A DNA stretch of 45,077 nucleotides from positions 1 to 45,077 of the forward strand of contig JAUCBJ010004828.1 of NCBI GenBank assembly GCA_032718475.1, given 5' to 3'. Origin of the DNA: Nemertoderma westbladi (taxonomy: Eukaryota > Animalia > Xenacoelomorpha). The notes under the pieces were generated by a model. That model made no database searches, was not told the DNA's origin, and saw nothing but the letters and a program-made list of their open reading frames with translations. The translations under genes and the position numbers were made by a program. Positions 22,201-33,150 of this stretch are shown one piece after another (position 1 is the stretch's first letter; the number at the start of each line of letters is the position of its first letter).

Positions 22201-22989
22201 GAGGAGAAACCAGAGATGGGCGATGGGGAGGTCCCATGTGAGAAGTGGCCCAAGGAAGGATACCAGGAGTTGGGTATGGATCTGGAATCACGCATAGTGG
22301 AGCGTGGTGAAAGGATAGAGGATAGTTCCAGAGAAATACCGTCGGTAGATGAGTTAGGAGGGGAAGCAACAGCAAGAGAGTGGGCGGAGGAGAATGGATT
22401 CGACGCGGAAGACTTAGAGATGATGGGATGGAACAAGGATGTTCCCAGCAAGTATCAGTATGATGATGGAGAAGAGTGGATGGCGAGATGTCCGGAGAAG
22501 TGTCCGGAGGAGACACGGTCCGGTTGAGAGGCATACCGAAAAGGGGGAGATCAAATAAGAAGACAGGGAGGAAAGGGATAGGATTACTATTATCCTTTCT
22601 GTTTTATATATTCTTTCGATTTCTTTTCATTCTACCGCCAGGTGACGACAAGATGAAGGGTGGCATTTTGCTGCCAGGGGACCAGAGGAAATCAAGAAGG
22701 CGACTGAAAGACCCGATTTTAGGGTGGTGGAGGAGGGAGAATCAATTGCTAGAGAGTTGGAATTGACAAGGAGAGTGGGGCGAAGGATAAGAGGACCTAC
22801 AGGGGGCAGTGGGAGAGTGCCTGCTGGAAGAATCGCCCTTAGAGTTTAGTCGTCCAATATGTTGGACTGAGAGGGGTGGGAATGAGGGCGAGACGCCCTT
22901 CCCATACAAAATATAAAAATAAATAATAAAGCAAATAATAAATAAGTTGGAAGATAGTAGAAAGTAATAGTATTAGGTAGTACGTAGTA

Positions 22990-24095
22990 CTAAGTAGGGT
23001 ACATAGTACCGTAGAGGTTGTGGGCACCGAAAGCGCCACGTAGTAAGAGAGTAGAGAGTATGGTATATAGGCATACCATAGAAGTAGTAGTAGAGAGAGT
23101 ATGGTATATAGGCATACCATAGAAGTAGTAGCAGAGGGGTTGTGGGCACTGAAAGCGCCACGTAGAAAGAGAGTAAAGGGTATGGTATGTAGGTATACCA
23201 TAGAAGTAGTAGCCTTCTCCCTCCGTTCCACCTCGACGGACCAGCTGGCGCAGCTCGACGTGTCGGTGAGCGGATTCTGGGGCAATCGTTACCAGAAAAT
23301 GTTTATCGACGTGTCGGTGTTCAACCCGCTGGCAGACACCAACGCGGCAATGTCGATTGACGCCGCCCATCTCCACCACGAGGCGAGGAAGTGCCGGAAA
23401 TACGAGGAGAGATTACGCGAGGTGGAACACTCCACCTTCACTCCCTTAATTTTCTCTGCTTTCGGCGGAATGGCACCAGCTGCCCATCAGTTTGTCAAAC
23501 GACTGGCGGCGAAGTTGTCCGACAAACGGCAGGTTCCCTATCCGGAGTGCGTCTCATGGGTACGTCGGCGAATCAGTTTCTCCCTCCTCAGGTCGTCATT
23601 AATGTGTTTACGCGGGTACCGTTCGGCTGCTAGGCGACCGGTGCGGGAGGCAGTCACCGACTCATCGATCCGGTTGGCTAACGCGGACTCAGACCCTGGG
23701 GTGTTGGCGCAGTTCGGTAGGGTGGGGTAAATACAGTAGTATGCTCCATACACCATAGAGACTGTTTCTGTGTTGGGGGCGGGCAAAGGATTTCATTTTA
23801 AATTTCCCTCTTATATTGGTTGCCTAGTAACGTCGGCTGGTGGTGGGTATTGTTTAACATTAACGTTTTATTATCTATGTGAATAAATGAGACTTAAAGA
23901 GTTAAAAAAAAAATAGAAGTAGTAGCAGAGGGGTTGTGGGCACCGAAAGCGCCACATAGTCAGAGAGTAAAGGGTATGGTATGTAGGTATACCGTAGAAG
24001 TAGTAGCAGAGGTGTTGTGGGCACCGAGAGCGCCACATAGTAAGAAAGTAAAGGGTATGTAGGCATACCATAGTAGTAATAGGGTACATAGTAAG
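22990..24095 (+). repeat. About 80-bp structured tandem repeat array, split by a LINE insertion
   Basis: Recurrent GTTGTGGGCACCGAAAGCGCCAC..GTATGGTAT(A/G)TAGG(C/T)ATACCATAGAAGTAGTAG at about 23015, 23140, 23935 and 24015. Confidence 0.85.
23214..23913 (+). mobile_element. 5'-truncated CRE-like LINE (RLE domain, 3' UTR, poly-A) inserted in element B
   Basis: The ORF reads LDVSVSGFW..FIDVSVFNP..HEARKCRKY..EHSTFTPLIFSAFGGM..RRISFSLLRSSLMCLRG. AATAAA at 23882, A10 tail at 23904-23913, and a 13-bp TSD TAGAAGTAGTAGC (23201-23213 and 23914-23926). Confidence 0.88.
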
Positions 24096-24197
24096 AAGGA
24101 AGTAGGAAGGTAGGTAGGATGGTAGCACACACAGGGGGCAACATAGACAAAATTAAAATAAAACTAAGAAAAATTGGCACTTTGGGGGTGATAGAGA

Positions 24198-24386
24198 ACA
24201 CAGGACATTGTGGAGCAGTGGGGATGGGCCAGCTCATGGGCCTTGTCTGCCACAAGCCGATGGACTGGGGCAAGTTCCGGGAGGAGCACGGAGCGGGCAC
24301 AGGACATTGTGGAGCAGTGGCGATGGGCCAGCTCATGGGGCTTGTCTGCCACAAACCGATGGACTGGGGTAAGTTCCGAGAGGAGT
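24198..24386 (+). repeat. About 100-bp tandem duplication in the element B 3' region
   Basis: CACAGGACATTGTGGAGCAGTGG..AAGTTCCG.GAGGAG occurs twice. Confidence 0.85.
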
Positions 24387-25930
24387 AGGGAGCGGAACTG
24401 GCGAACTCACTGAAACAGGAGGTGCATCAGTTCCGAAGGGGAGCGATAAAGATATATCAGAAGAGATATATCCTACAGGAGGATTGGGTAATGATAGGTT
24501 TATTAAATGTATTCATGGCCGTGGTTATCGGAAGAGAGCCAACGGCATTTCTGTTATCAGGAGCACCTCTAAATCACAGGAGAGCCTTTAAGGTGGTCTT
24601 TGAGGGTCTTGTAGACCACCCGGGGCTCAAGGGCGAGTCGGTGTACTACGATGGCCGACACCTAGTGGACAGAGAGGTGGACACACCGTACAAGAGGTGG
24701 AAGAAGTTGGAAGCGGATAGAGGTGGGGCTTTTTTTAACATCAATCCGGATTATCAAGAGGAGACTGCCATTCGCATATCAGGAGGTAGCGACAGCGGCA
24801 TCGTATGGAGGAGTCATCAACACGCAGAGATACTTGGATAGATGGACGCCAGAGAACAGGGGCGAGTTCAGGGACTTTCTGGTGGAACACGGCCGCAAGC
24901 GATGAAAATGATCCTGTGGGACGCTACCAGGGGGAAGCAGGAGGGGCACTCGGAAGGGCCACCTGCAAAGCGTTACCGGGAGTTGATAACACCAGCGCCC
25001 AAAGAACCGACAATGGGGATTAGCAAGGCGGTAACGACAAGAATGATAAGTCTCAGGGAGGAGAAGCTGGAGGGAAGGAAGCAGCCCAGACAAGACGATG
25101 ACAGGGGGAAAGAACTAAGATGGTTCCCGAAGACAGGAGGAGCGAACTAGAACTCACAGAGGGATATGTGGGCGTGCCTGGAAGGCACCACATGTGGGAA
25201 TAAATACGAACTCCTAAGTGCAAATAATTAAGTGCAATTAGTATGTACGTACGTAGATAATCAATATAATCAATATGAATATATAATCAAAGTAAGTACT
25301 ATAGTCATATATAACCTTTTCCAATTAGCTACTGGGATTTGGGACCACTTGACTACGATAACTGAACGAGACACTAGATGGATCCCATTTCTCAAGTGTG
25401 GCCACACTAATGAGGATGTGGAAGCTTCACAGGAGGGTACGTAGGATGTAAACGAATATGGATTGAGTATAGGAGAACGGGGGAAGTATGGAGAGGAGGT
25501 GTTGACATGCGTAGAAGTGAGAGGAGTGCAATTCAAGCGTGGGGAGCGAGCAGTGAGAGAAGAAGGGTCCCGAGGGACCGGAAAGAGAATAAGGGACAAC
25601 GAGGTCCGTGAGAGAGCGAGTAACGGACGATGAGGTCCGTGAGAGAGAGAGAGTAAGGGACAGAGAGGTCCGAGAGTAAAATTAGAGTGAGGTTGTAGAA
25701 AATTGTGTGAAGAGAGAGCACAATTGTCTCAAACAGAGACACCAGATACCTTGGTGCAACATAGCTCGCGATTGCACCAAGAAGGGGTAGTAATAACATA
25801 CCCAGGGGGGGCGGTCAGGAAAGCCGACCCCGAGAAAAGAACTCCACCCCACACCCGATATTAGATTGGGTTCCAGCGGAATTGAAGAGCACTTAAGGTT
25901 GATGCTATCTTCTCACCGGGAAGATAGCAT

Positions 25931-25939
25931 GGGGGGGAG
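25931..25939 (+). other. Polypurine tract of element B
   Basis: GGGGGGGAG directly before the 3' LTR TG. Confidence 0.85.
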
Positions 25940-26608
25940 TGTAAGCGGATTCAATTCCATTACATTATCCACCTTAGAATGGGACCAGTGACATTTTATC
26001 AATATAGTTGGGGATACGAGATTACCAATAATAATCTCGCCTCATAACCCATAACCGCGACACAAGCCCTAAAGCCACAGAGAGAGGTGAGAGGTCAAAC
26101 CACCTCAGAGGGAGAACACAGCTAGTAGAGGCTAGCAGCGGGGGGAAACACTCACAGGGAGTGCCAAAGTGACAATTAGTATATTAGCCAATAGCAGGGA
26201 GGGAAGCACGTGATCAGAGATAGGAAAGCATCCACTGGGTACAGAAGGCCAAGTACAGTAAGAGGTGAAACCAATATCTGTGTGTATCAATCATATATTA
26301 TTCTGTATTACTGATTTACCGGTCAGTTCACTAATCACAGAGTTGCAGACCGGTCATAGTTTATGACCGTCGCCGCTACCAACATAACTGATTAATATCT
26401 GTGTTGTATTTTCTGCTGTTATTTTGTATCGTGATATTCATTACATACATAGTTCTGTGCTATTATCATTTCGGAAGATTAATATTAAGAAACACAAACT
26501 CTCTTATTTCCCCGACGGCCTTCGGCCAAAACGACCATAGTACAGCAGCTCCAGCGAAACAGTGACGCGTACATATCTAACCCGGTTGGGATCTATGATC
26601 TCTTCACA
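25940..26608 (+). repeat. 3' LTR of element B (669 bp)
   Basis: Matches 16613-17299 apart from scattered substitutions and an indel at the poly-G stretch. Confidence 0.93.
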
Positions 26609-27973
26609 AAAGATCAAAGGAAAGTGCCTACTTCTGACCACTGCTAGATAGTGGTAGTCTTATTAGGTTTTACTTTGGTGTTTATTTTAGTTTACTATTT
26701 TAATGGAAAAAATAATACATCTAATGGAGCAAGCATGAAAAAGAACAAATACGATATACATAAAAATAATACCTACTGTTTAACGATTCAAAAAATTTAA
26801 TATTATGTAATATAAATTCAATATCTTACCTTGATCACGGTTCATAATCCTGTTGTCCGTGAACGAGATTTGCGTGTTCGGGAGATAAATCCAATGTTAA
26901 AAGTTTCAGCTTCCGTTTTATTATAAAGTAAAAATAAATAGTAATTCAGAACGGCTTCTCAAAAAAACATAATTTATACAGAATTTCGTACTTGTTCTGT
27001 GTCTTAAATTGATTTAGAAACTCGTATGGTGAAGTCGGAAAATATACAGTACAAATTTTGTTTACAGTGACCTACCTACATATATTCCTACTGAAGATAC
27101 TTGTAAGGCAATGTATTTCGTTTACTGGGGTTTGGAATCAAAACTAATAAGCAATTTGGTTTGAGCAATTGTGGTTGACATTTGATTGGCATTGTTATCC
27201 TTCTATGCCAATATAATGGTAATAATCCGCTTATTAACAGTTGGGGATTATGGAAATAACTCTTCTTACATTGCTGTATTAGCAATTGATTTCCAACTCA
27301 ACAATCATAATAATGCTTGACCTTTGATTAGCATTGTGAATTAGAAATAACAGGGAGATACTGTGTTATCAATTTAGATAAAGACTTTGTTTTGTTGGCT
27401 GGACCTACTGTATGTCTAATTATCAATTTAGCAACTTTGGAGTAGTAAAGTAGTAGTCGTCGCAGTACTTTTGAGCTATTATACAGTAGGATAACATGCC
27501 TTTGCTGCCTTTGCTGCATTGGCTGCATACCAGTATGCCTGCACTGCTATGTCATATGATGATACTGACTGGTAACAGGGCCACGTGAAACGTGATCCCC
27601 TATTGGCTATTTACCTAACAGACATAAATATTATATCTCTTTCTCCTGATTGGTTATAGGATCAGATGCCGTCAGATCAGATAAGGACGGACGTTTTATT
27701 CTACCTCGCCATTCTGCCATTTCCTCGATTCTTCATTTTGACTGAAAATTTTCTGACAGACATCCTGTAAGAATTCCAGCTGTCCACCAGTGTTATTTGC
27801 CAGGCTGATAACACAGTAACAGAATCAGCAGATACTGATATAAAGGCAGTAAGGGAATCGACCAATAAAATGCCGTTGTTGTACCTGACTCGCTTACTGC
27901 AGTACTGACAGTACAGTCTGAACGTCTCTAGAATTACTGAATCAGGCCTACCGGCAGCGGCAGACCGGTAGTT

Positions 27974-29932
27974 ATGGATCAGTTACTTAGATGTTCAAAC
28001 GCTTTACTTGGACGAGTTGGTAGCAGAAAAATTTGGCGAAATATAAATAGACTCGCAACAAGACAAATCACTGGAGGAAGTGGGAAACCCTCTGCCTATC
28101 CTTTCGTAGACCATGTGTTCGACGCGGTCGTTGTGGGGGCTGGTGGCGCCGGATTACGGGCCGGATTCGGGTTAGCCTCGGAAGGATTTCGCACTGCCAT
28201 TGTATCTAAACTCTTCCCAACTAGAAGTCATACAGTAGCCGCTCAGGGGGGAATTAACGCGGCATTGGGAAACATGGAACCGGACGATTGGAAGTGGCAC
28301 ATGTACGACACGGTGAAGGGTTCCGATTGGCTCGGCGACCAGGATGCCATACACTATATGTGTCGAGAGGCTCCGACGGCTGTAGTGGAGCTGGAGAACT
28401 ACGGGATGCCGTTCAGTCGCACCCAGGACGGCCTCATTTACCAACGGGCCTTCGGGGGGCAGAGTTACGACTACGGTAAGGGCGGACAGGCCCATCGGTG
28501 CTGCTGTGTGGCTGACCGCACCGGCCACTCCATGCTACACACATTATACGGCCGCTCCCTGAAGTACGATACAACCTACTTTACGGAATATTTCGCTCTC
28601 GATTTGTTGATGGTTAACGGTGAGTGTCGTGGAGTTATAGCTTTGTGTCTGGAAGACGGAACGATTCACAGGATTACAGCTAAGAACACAGTGGTGGCCA
28701 CCGGGGGGTACGGACGGGCCTACTTCTCGTGCACCTCGGCCCACACCTGCACCGGTGACGGGAACGCGATGTTCTCACGGGCGGGGTTCGCCAATCAGGA
28801 TCTCGAGTTCGTCCAGTTCCATCCGACTGGTATCTACGGGGCCGGTTGTCTCATTACCGAGGGCTGCAGGGGGGAGGGCGGTTACCTTATAAACAGCGAA
28901 GGGGAGCGCTTTATGGAGCGATACGCACCCACCGCCAAGGATTTAGCCTCGAGGGATGTTGTGTCCAGGTCGATGACTATCGAGATAAGGGAAGGTAGAG
29001 GGGTTGGACCGGATAAGGATCACGTCTTCCTTCAGCTGCATCATCTTCCTCCGGAGCAGCTGGCATCGCGTCTCCCTGGGATCTCCGAGACCGCGTCTAT
29101 ATTCGCTGGCGTTGATGTTACACGAGACCCGATTCCCGTTCTACCGACGGTTCACTACAACATGGGTGGCATTCCTACCAACTTTAAGGGACAGGCGATC
29201 GCCCACAGTGGCGGCGTGGACCGGCCCATCCCTGGGCTGTACGCCGCCGGGGAATCGGCCAGCGCCAGCGTCCACGGGGCCAACAGACTCGGCGCCAACT
29301 CGTTGCTCGACCTCGTTGTGTTCGGTCGCGCGTGCGCGCACACGATAGCCAGCGAGAACAAACCGGGTGAGCAAGTTGGCGAGCTGCCCGCGGACTGCGG
29401 GGAGGAGTCGGTAGCGAATCTGGACGCAGTTCGTTACGCAGATGGGAGTAGGAGTGTGGCCTCGTTGAGGAACCAGATGCAGCGAACGATGCAGACACAC
29501 GCGGCAGTGTTCCGTACAGGGGAGGTACTTAAGGAAGGCTGCGACCAAATGGGAGAGCTTTACAAGGAAGTCGCTAGGGATATAAAGACTAGTGACCGGG
29601 GGTTGGTGTGGAACACCGATCTGGTCGAGGCCCTGGAGTTGCAGAATCTTATGATCGTGGCCTGTCAAACAATAGTTGGAGCGGAAGCCAGGAAGGAGAG
29701 CAGGGGAGCCCACGCGAGAGAGGATTACAGTGAGAGAATAGATGAATATGACTATACCAAACCCTTATCAGAGCAGGAAAAACTCCCTTTAACGAGCCAC
29801 TGGCGGAAACACACGTTATCGAGTATATCAACAGCCACGGGATCGGTTGAGCTCAACTACAGACCCGTTATAGACGAAACCTTAGATCAAACAGAGTGCG
29901 GTACAGTTCCACCGGCTATCCGATCCTATTGA
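27974..29932 (+). CDS. SDHA: Mitochondrial succinate dehydrogenase flavoprotein subunit, single coding exon
   Basis: 652 aa with an Arg-rich N-terminal transit-peptide-like segment, [21 protein letters not shown] (FAD-binding His), [34 protein letters not shown] and C-terminal [14 protein letters not shown] near 30055. Confidence 0.98.
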   Translation: MDQLLRCSNALLGRVGSRKIWRNINRLATRQITGGSGKPSAYPFVDHVFDAVVVGAGGAGLRAGFGLASEGFRTAIVSKLFPTRSHTVAAQGGINAALGNMEPDDWKWHMYDTVKGSDWLGDQDAIHYMCREAPTAVVELENYGMPFSRTQDGLIYQRAFGGQSYDYGKGGQAHRCCCVADRTGHSMLHTLYGRSLKYDTTYFTEYFALDLLMVNGECRGVIALCLEDGTIHRITAKNTVVATGGYGRAYFSCTSAHTCTGDGNAMFSRAGFANQDLEFVQFHPTGIYGAGCLITEGCRGEGGYLINSEGERFMERYAPTAKDLASRDVVSRSMTIEIREGRGVGPDKDHVFLQLHHLPPEQLASRLPGISETASIFAGVDVTRDPIPVLPTVHYNMGGIPTNFKGQAIAHSGGVDRPIPGLYAAGESASASVHGANRLGANSLLDLVVFGRACAHTIASENKPGEQVGELPADCGEESVANLDAVRYADGSRSVASLRNQMQRTMQTHAAVFRTGEVLKEGCDQMGELYKEVARDIKTSDRGLVWNTDLVEALELQNLMIVACQTIVGAEARKESRGAHAREDYSERIDEYDYTKPLSEQEKLPLTSHWRKHTLSSISTATGSVELNYRPVIDETLDQTECGTVPPAIRSY

Positions 29933-30832
29933 GTTGTACACCGCATAATGTACTCTTACAGCGGTTATGTTTTTATCACATTAATTATTGTTTGGATTTT
30001 AGGATATAGTTTGTTTACCTTATTGCTCGGAGAGTGCTTAGTATATTAAATTTAAATAAATATTTAAAAGGATGAGATACCTAGACAGTGTTTATCATAA
30101 ACTTTAACACCATAAAGTTTACCAACTTATCTCGAAAATGTTGTTTTTGAATAAAATATTTCCATATTTTTCTTTAGTAATATTATATGAAGATGTCAAA
30201 CCTCTCGTTAAATACGTATAACATAATTCTGAGTTTTTCGTTTAGTACACCCAATCAGGGTTTTTTCTAAATCTTCACTGTGAAAAGTTTCTAAACGGCT
30301 ATGAAAAATTTAGAAAATCTAAATTTTGTTTAGGAAACCAAAATAATTTGCTCAATGGCGAATGAATTGAGAAATGAAAAGTAGGTACGCAATACTGAGC
30401 TGTATTGCTTGTTTTCAACAAAGTCTATAGCCTGTAATCATAAATATCATCGAAATATTTAACTAATTAGGCCTACGACTCTATTTAATACAGCTTTGGT
30501 AAACGGAAGCTATTTATTGGGAAGGAATACTCCACACCTCATTGGCGATGGCCACAGAAGAAAGGGCCAAAAAACAAATTTTACTACTATAACATTTTAC
30601 TTCTGCAAAAAATTGCTGCTGCGGTCGGGTCTGCTGCACTCTGCCAACTGAGCTGAAATTTCGCACTTTCTATCACTAACTTAGGCCTAGTGATAAAAAG
30701 ACATTCTGTAAATAATTTTGTGATAGAAAGTAACAATAGTGAGCGAAAGAAGTATTTTCTCGACTGTTTGCTATAAATTTTAATGATGAAAAAGTTGTTT
30801 TTTCAGATAAAAAAAGTAATGTTCCAATTACA

Positions 30833-31206
30833 GTAGAAAATTCGGACCCGGACAATTCGGTCGCGGACAATTCGGTCCTAAAATCACTAAATAAATGGGA
30901 CCGAATTGTCCGGATGCTAACTAGGACAATTAATTTAATGGGACCGAATTGGCCGAACTGCAAAGAGCCCCAATAGGGGCGGTTGATATTTTTCGCCATG
31001 GAGAGCATCATCATATGTAATATAATGTACTATACCATAATATGGAATTATGTTTCAACCAGGAACCGGACAATTCGAACCTGGACAATTCGATCCCGGA
31101 CTATTCAATCCCAGACAATTCGATCCCGGACAATTCAGTCCCATTTATTTAGTGTTTTGGGACCAAATTGTCCAGGACCGAATTGTCCGAAACGGAATTG
31201 TCCTAC
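30833..31206. mobile_element. Fold-back MITE with about 80-bp TIRs built from 15-bp GGACAATTCGGTCC repeats
   Basis: Left arm GTAG..GGACAATTCGGTC..CACTAAATAAATGGGAC is mirrored by GTCCCATTTATTTAGTG..GACCGAATTGTCC..CTAC. Confidence 0.75.
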
Positions 31207-31452
31207 ATCCAGAAAATTGCTCTTAGAAGTGGTGTATATATGTTGGAATCCCCACGGTAGGGTCTCGGGGTCGGGACCCTGGGACCCTACCCTCAATTCG
31301 CTAGTGTCCCTGGTTTAATCCTTTATGCTACTACAACAGTTTAATGCGCCAGAACATTCATTAATTTGGGCAAATCTTTTCGAACATTGGCCTTTTCGAT
31401 TCTAGTTCGCAACATTGGGTCATACATCACCAGTTTCAGAGTTTTAACATTA

Positions 31453-31516
31453 ACTACGCGTAGGTGCTACGCGTAGGTGCTACGCGTAGGTGCTACGTAT
31501 AACTACGCGTAGGTGC
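31453..31516. repeat. CTACGCGTAG palindromic microrepeat cluster
   Basis: (CTACGCGTAGGTG)n units. Confidence 0.8.
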
Positions 31517-32917
31517 AACCCATAACTATGCCTATGAATAGAAGACTGTTATTTCCAAAACATTTGGAAGCATAATAAGTAAAAAAATTAATACAATTTG
31601 TTTGCACCATGTAAAATATATAAATTAAAATTTACGTACTGTCTCCCCTTTGAAATATCAATATTAAAATATAGTAGAATGTTATAGATCTTAAAAATAA
31701 GGTAACAGTTTTGAAATGATATTAATTGTTATGTCCTAGAGGGTGGTGAGGAATAGTGCACGTCGAAGGTCCGATTTACATGGTGGGATGCCGGTACAGT
31801 TTTTGTAGTGGAATTTGGATGCTGCTGATGTGTTGCAGAGCCAGCAAATGCAATCGGTATCTGCTTTCCAGCATGATTTGTTGCAGATCGTGTGGTGACA
31901 ACCATTGGATATCAAGAGAGCAGCTGCACGGCGACGGAAGCCAGTCAGACCTTCTAGACGGACATCGCAATCGGGGTCACTGTGGTTGTCGATGGCATTT
32001 AGTGGCATTTAGTATGGGGGTGGATGAAGAGTACTTACTGACACTACACCATAGTTCAAAGTAAAAGGCACGGACGCGCTGTATATGTTCTAGAGAGGCG
32101 ATTTCTTCACTAGATATGAATATGTCACAACCGTAGGAGATGGAGGGGTAAACTACAGACAGCCTGAGACGTTTAGCGGAATCCAGTGATATTGTCGACA
32201 TGTTAATTTTCGACGCCAGTAGGACACAACTTGCCAAACTCTTTCTATATGAATGTGTATGGTGACCATCACTAGGACCATTTTTTGTTGACAGAATAAT
32301 ACCGAGGTAATTGAAGCAGCTTCCAAATTCGAGTTTAGAACCTTTATGGTCGTCAGCATACATTATAACAAAACAACCAACTGCAATTATACTACAAGGT
32401 AAATCAGATACAAATAGACTAAAAAGGAGAGGAGACAGTTTATCCCCCTGGATTACTCCGATAGTCTGTGCTATAGGATTTAATAAATAGCAACCAACAC
32501 AAATATGCACAAAATTGATAGCTATAAGCAAGTACCCAAATACATGATATAAACTTTTTGCTGATTCCAAGACGAGAAAGTTTTTGACATAAAGTTTGCC
32601 TGTTAACAGAGTCAAAAGCCTTAGTAAAGGCAATAAATACACAATATACATGGCCACCGGCAGGCTGAAGGGTACTGCGGATATAGTTATATAATAAATT
32701 AACAGCCATTTTAGTAGAACGGTTTATCCGAAATCCATATTGTTGAAAAGGTAAGATGTTTTGATTTTCGGCCCAAGTATATAATCTATGATATAAAATA
32801 GCTGTTTATGTTTTAAGTAAACAAGATAGTAAGGCTATACCCCTGAAGCTGTCGGGTGAGCTCTTTGGACCCTTCCCTTTATATAATGGTAAGAGATATG
32901 TGGCTAGCCAGGATACT

Positions 32918-33092
32918 ACTACTAGGATCGGCATGCTGCATTGCAGCTGCATTTTTAAGAATGCTGTGCCGGCTTGTCAACAAAATTGCACCGCCACAAC
33001 TCCCTATCACCCATGACATTTGCTAGATCATCCGCATCTTCAAGGCCAGTGTCCTTTAAGATGCGTCTCAAGAAAGTCATGGGCTGTCCTTT
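32918..33092 (-). mobile_element. Short 3' fragment of the RTE family also present at 36833-38632
   Basis: Near-identical reverse complement of about 38460-38632 including the (TAG)n tail; 13-bp TSD TAGCCAGGATACT (32905-32917 and 33093-33105). Confidence 0.92.
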
Positions 33093-33150
33093 TAGCCAGG
33101 ATACTGGGCAGGTAGCAACACTAAAACACAGAAAATAAGGCTAAAAGGTA

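Larger units (their letters stand above)
17352..22845 (+). pseudogene. Disrupted BEL/Pao gag-protease of element B
   Basis: Successive + strand fragments: coiled coil, Asn-rich tract, LPPVEPFKFDGSKPEEYLQF (DUF1759-like), CQLHRDGTHKTMSC and CHRCVVEGHRFGEC knuckles, LLRVVPVRI..LVDSGA protease, LIVGMD..P.A..PFGW. Many stops and homopolymer frameshifts; no RT or integrase motifs. Confidence 0.85.
16613..26608 (+). mobile_element. Element B: decayed non-autonomous BEL/Pao-type LTR retrotransposon (10 kb)
   Basis: Two LTRs with TG..CA ends, a 5-bp TSD AAAGA (16608-16612 and 26609-26613), PPT GGGGGGGAG, and fragmented gag-protease. Confidence 0.92.

Noticed and set aside
28172-29831. Antisense and alternative-frame ORFs within SDHA
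   Set aside because: These are shadow ORFs expected in GC-rich coding DNA.
27974-29932. Bacterial sdhA or horizontal transfer
   Set aside because: It has a mitochondrial-type N-terminal extension and a eukaryotic-style C-terminus, no sdhB/C/D operon, and animal TEs on both sides.
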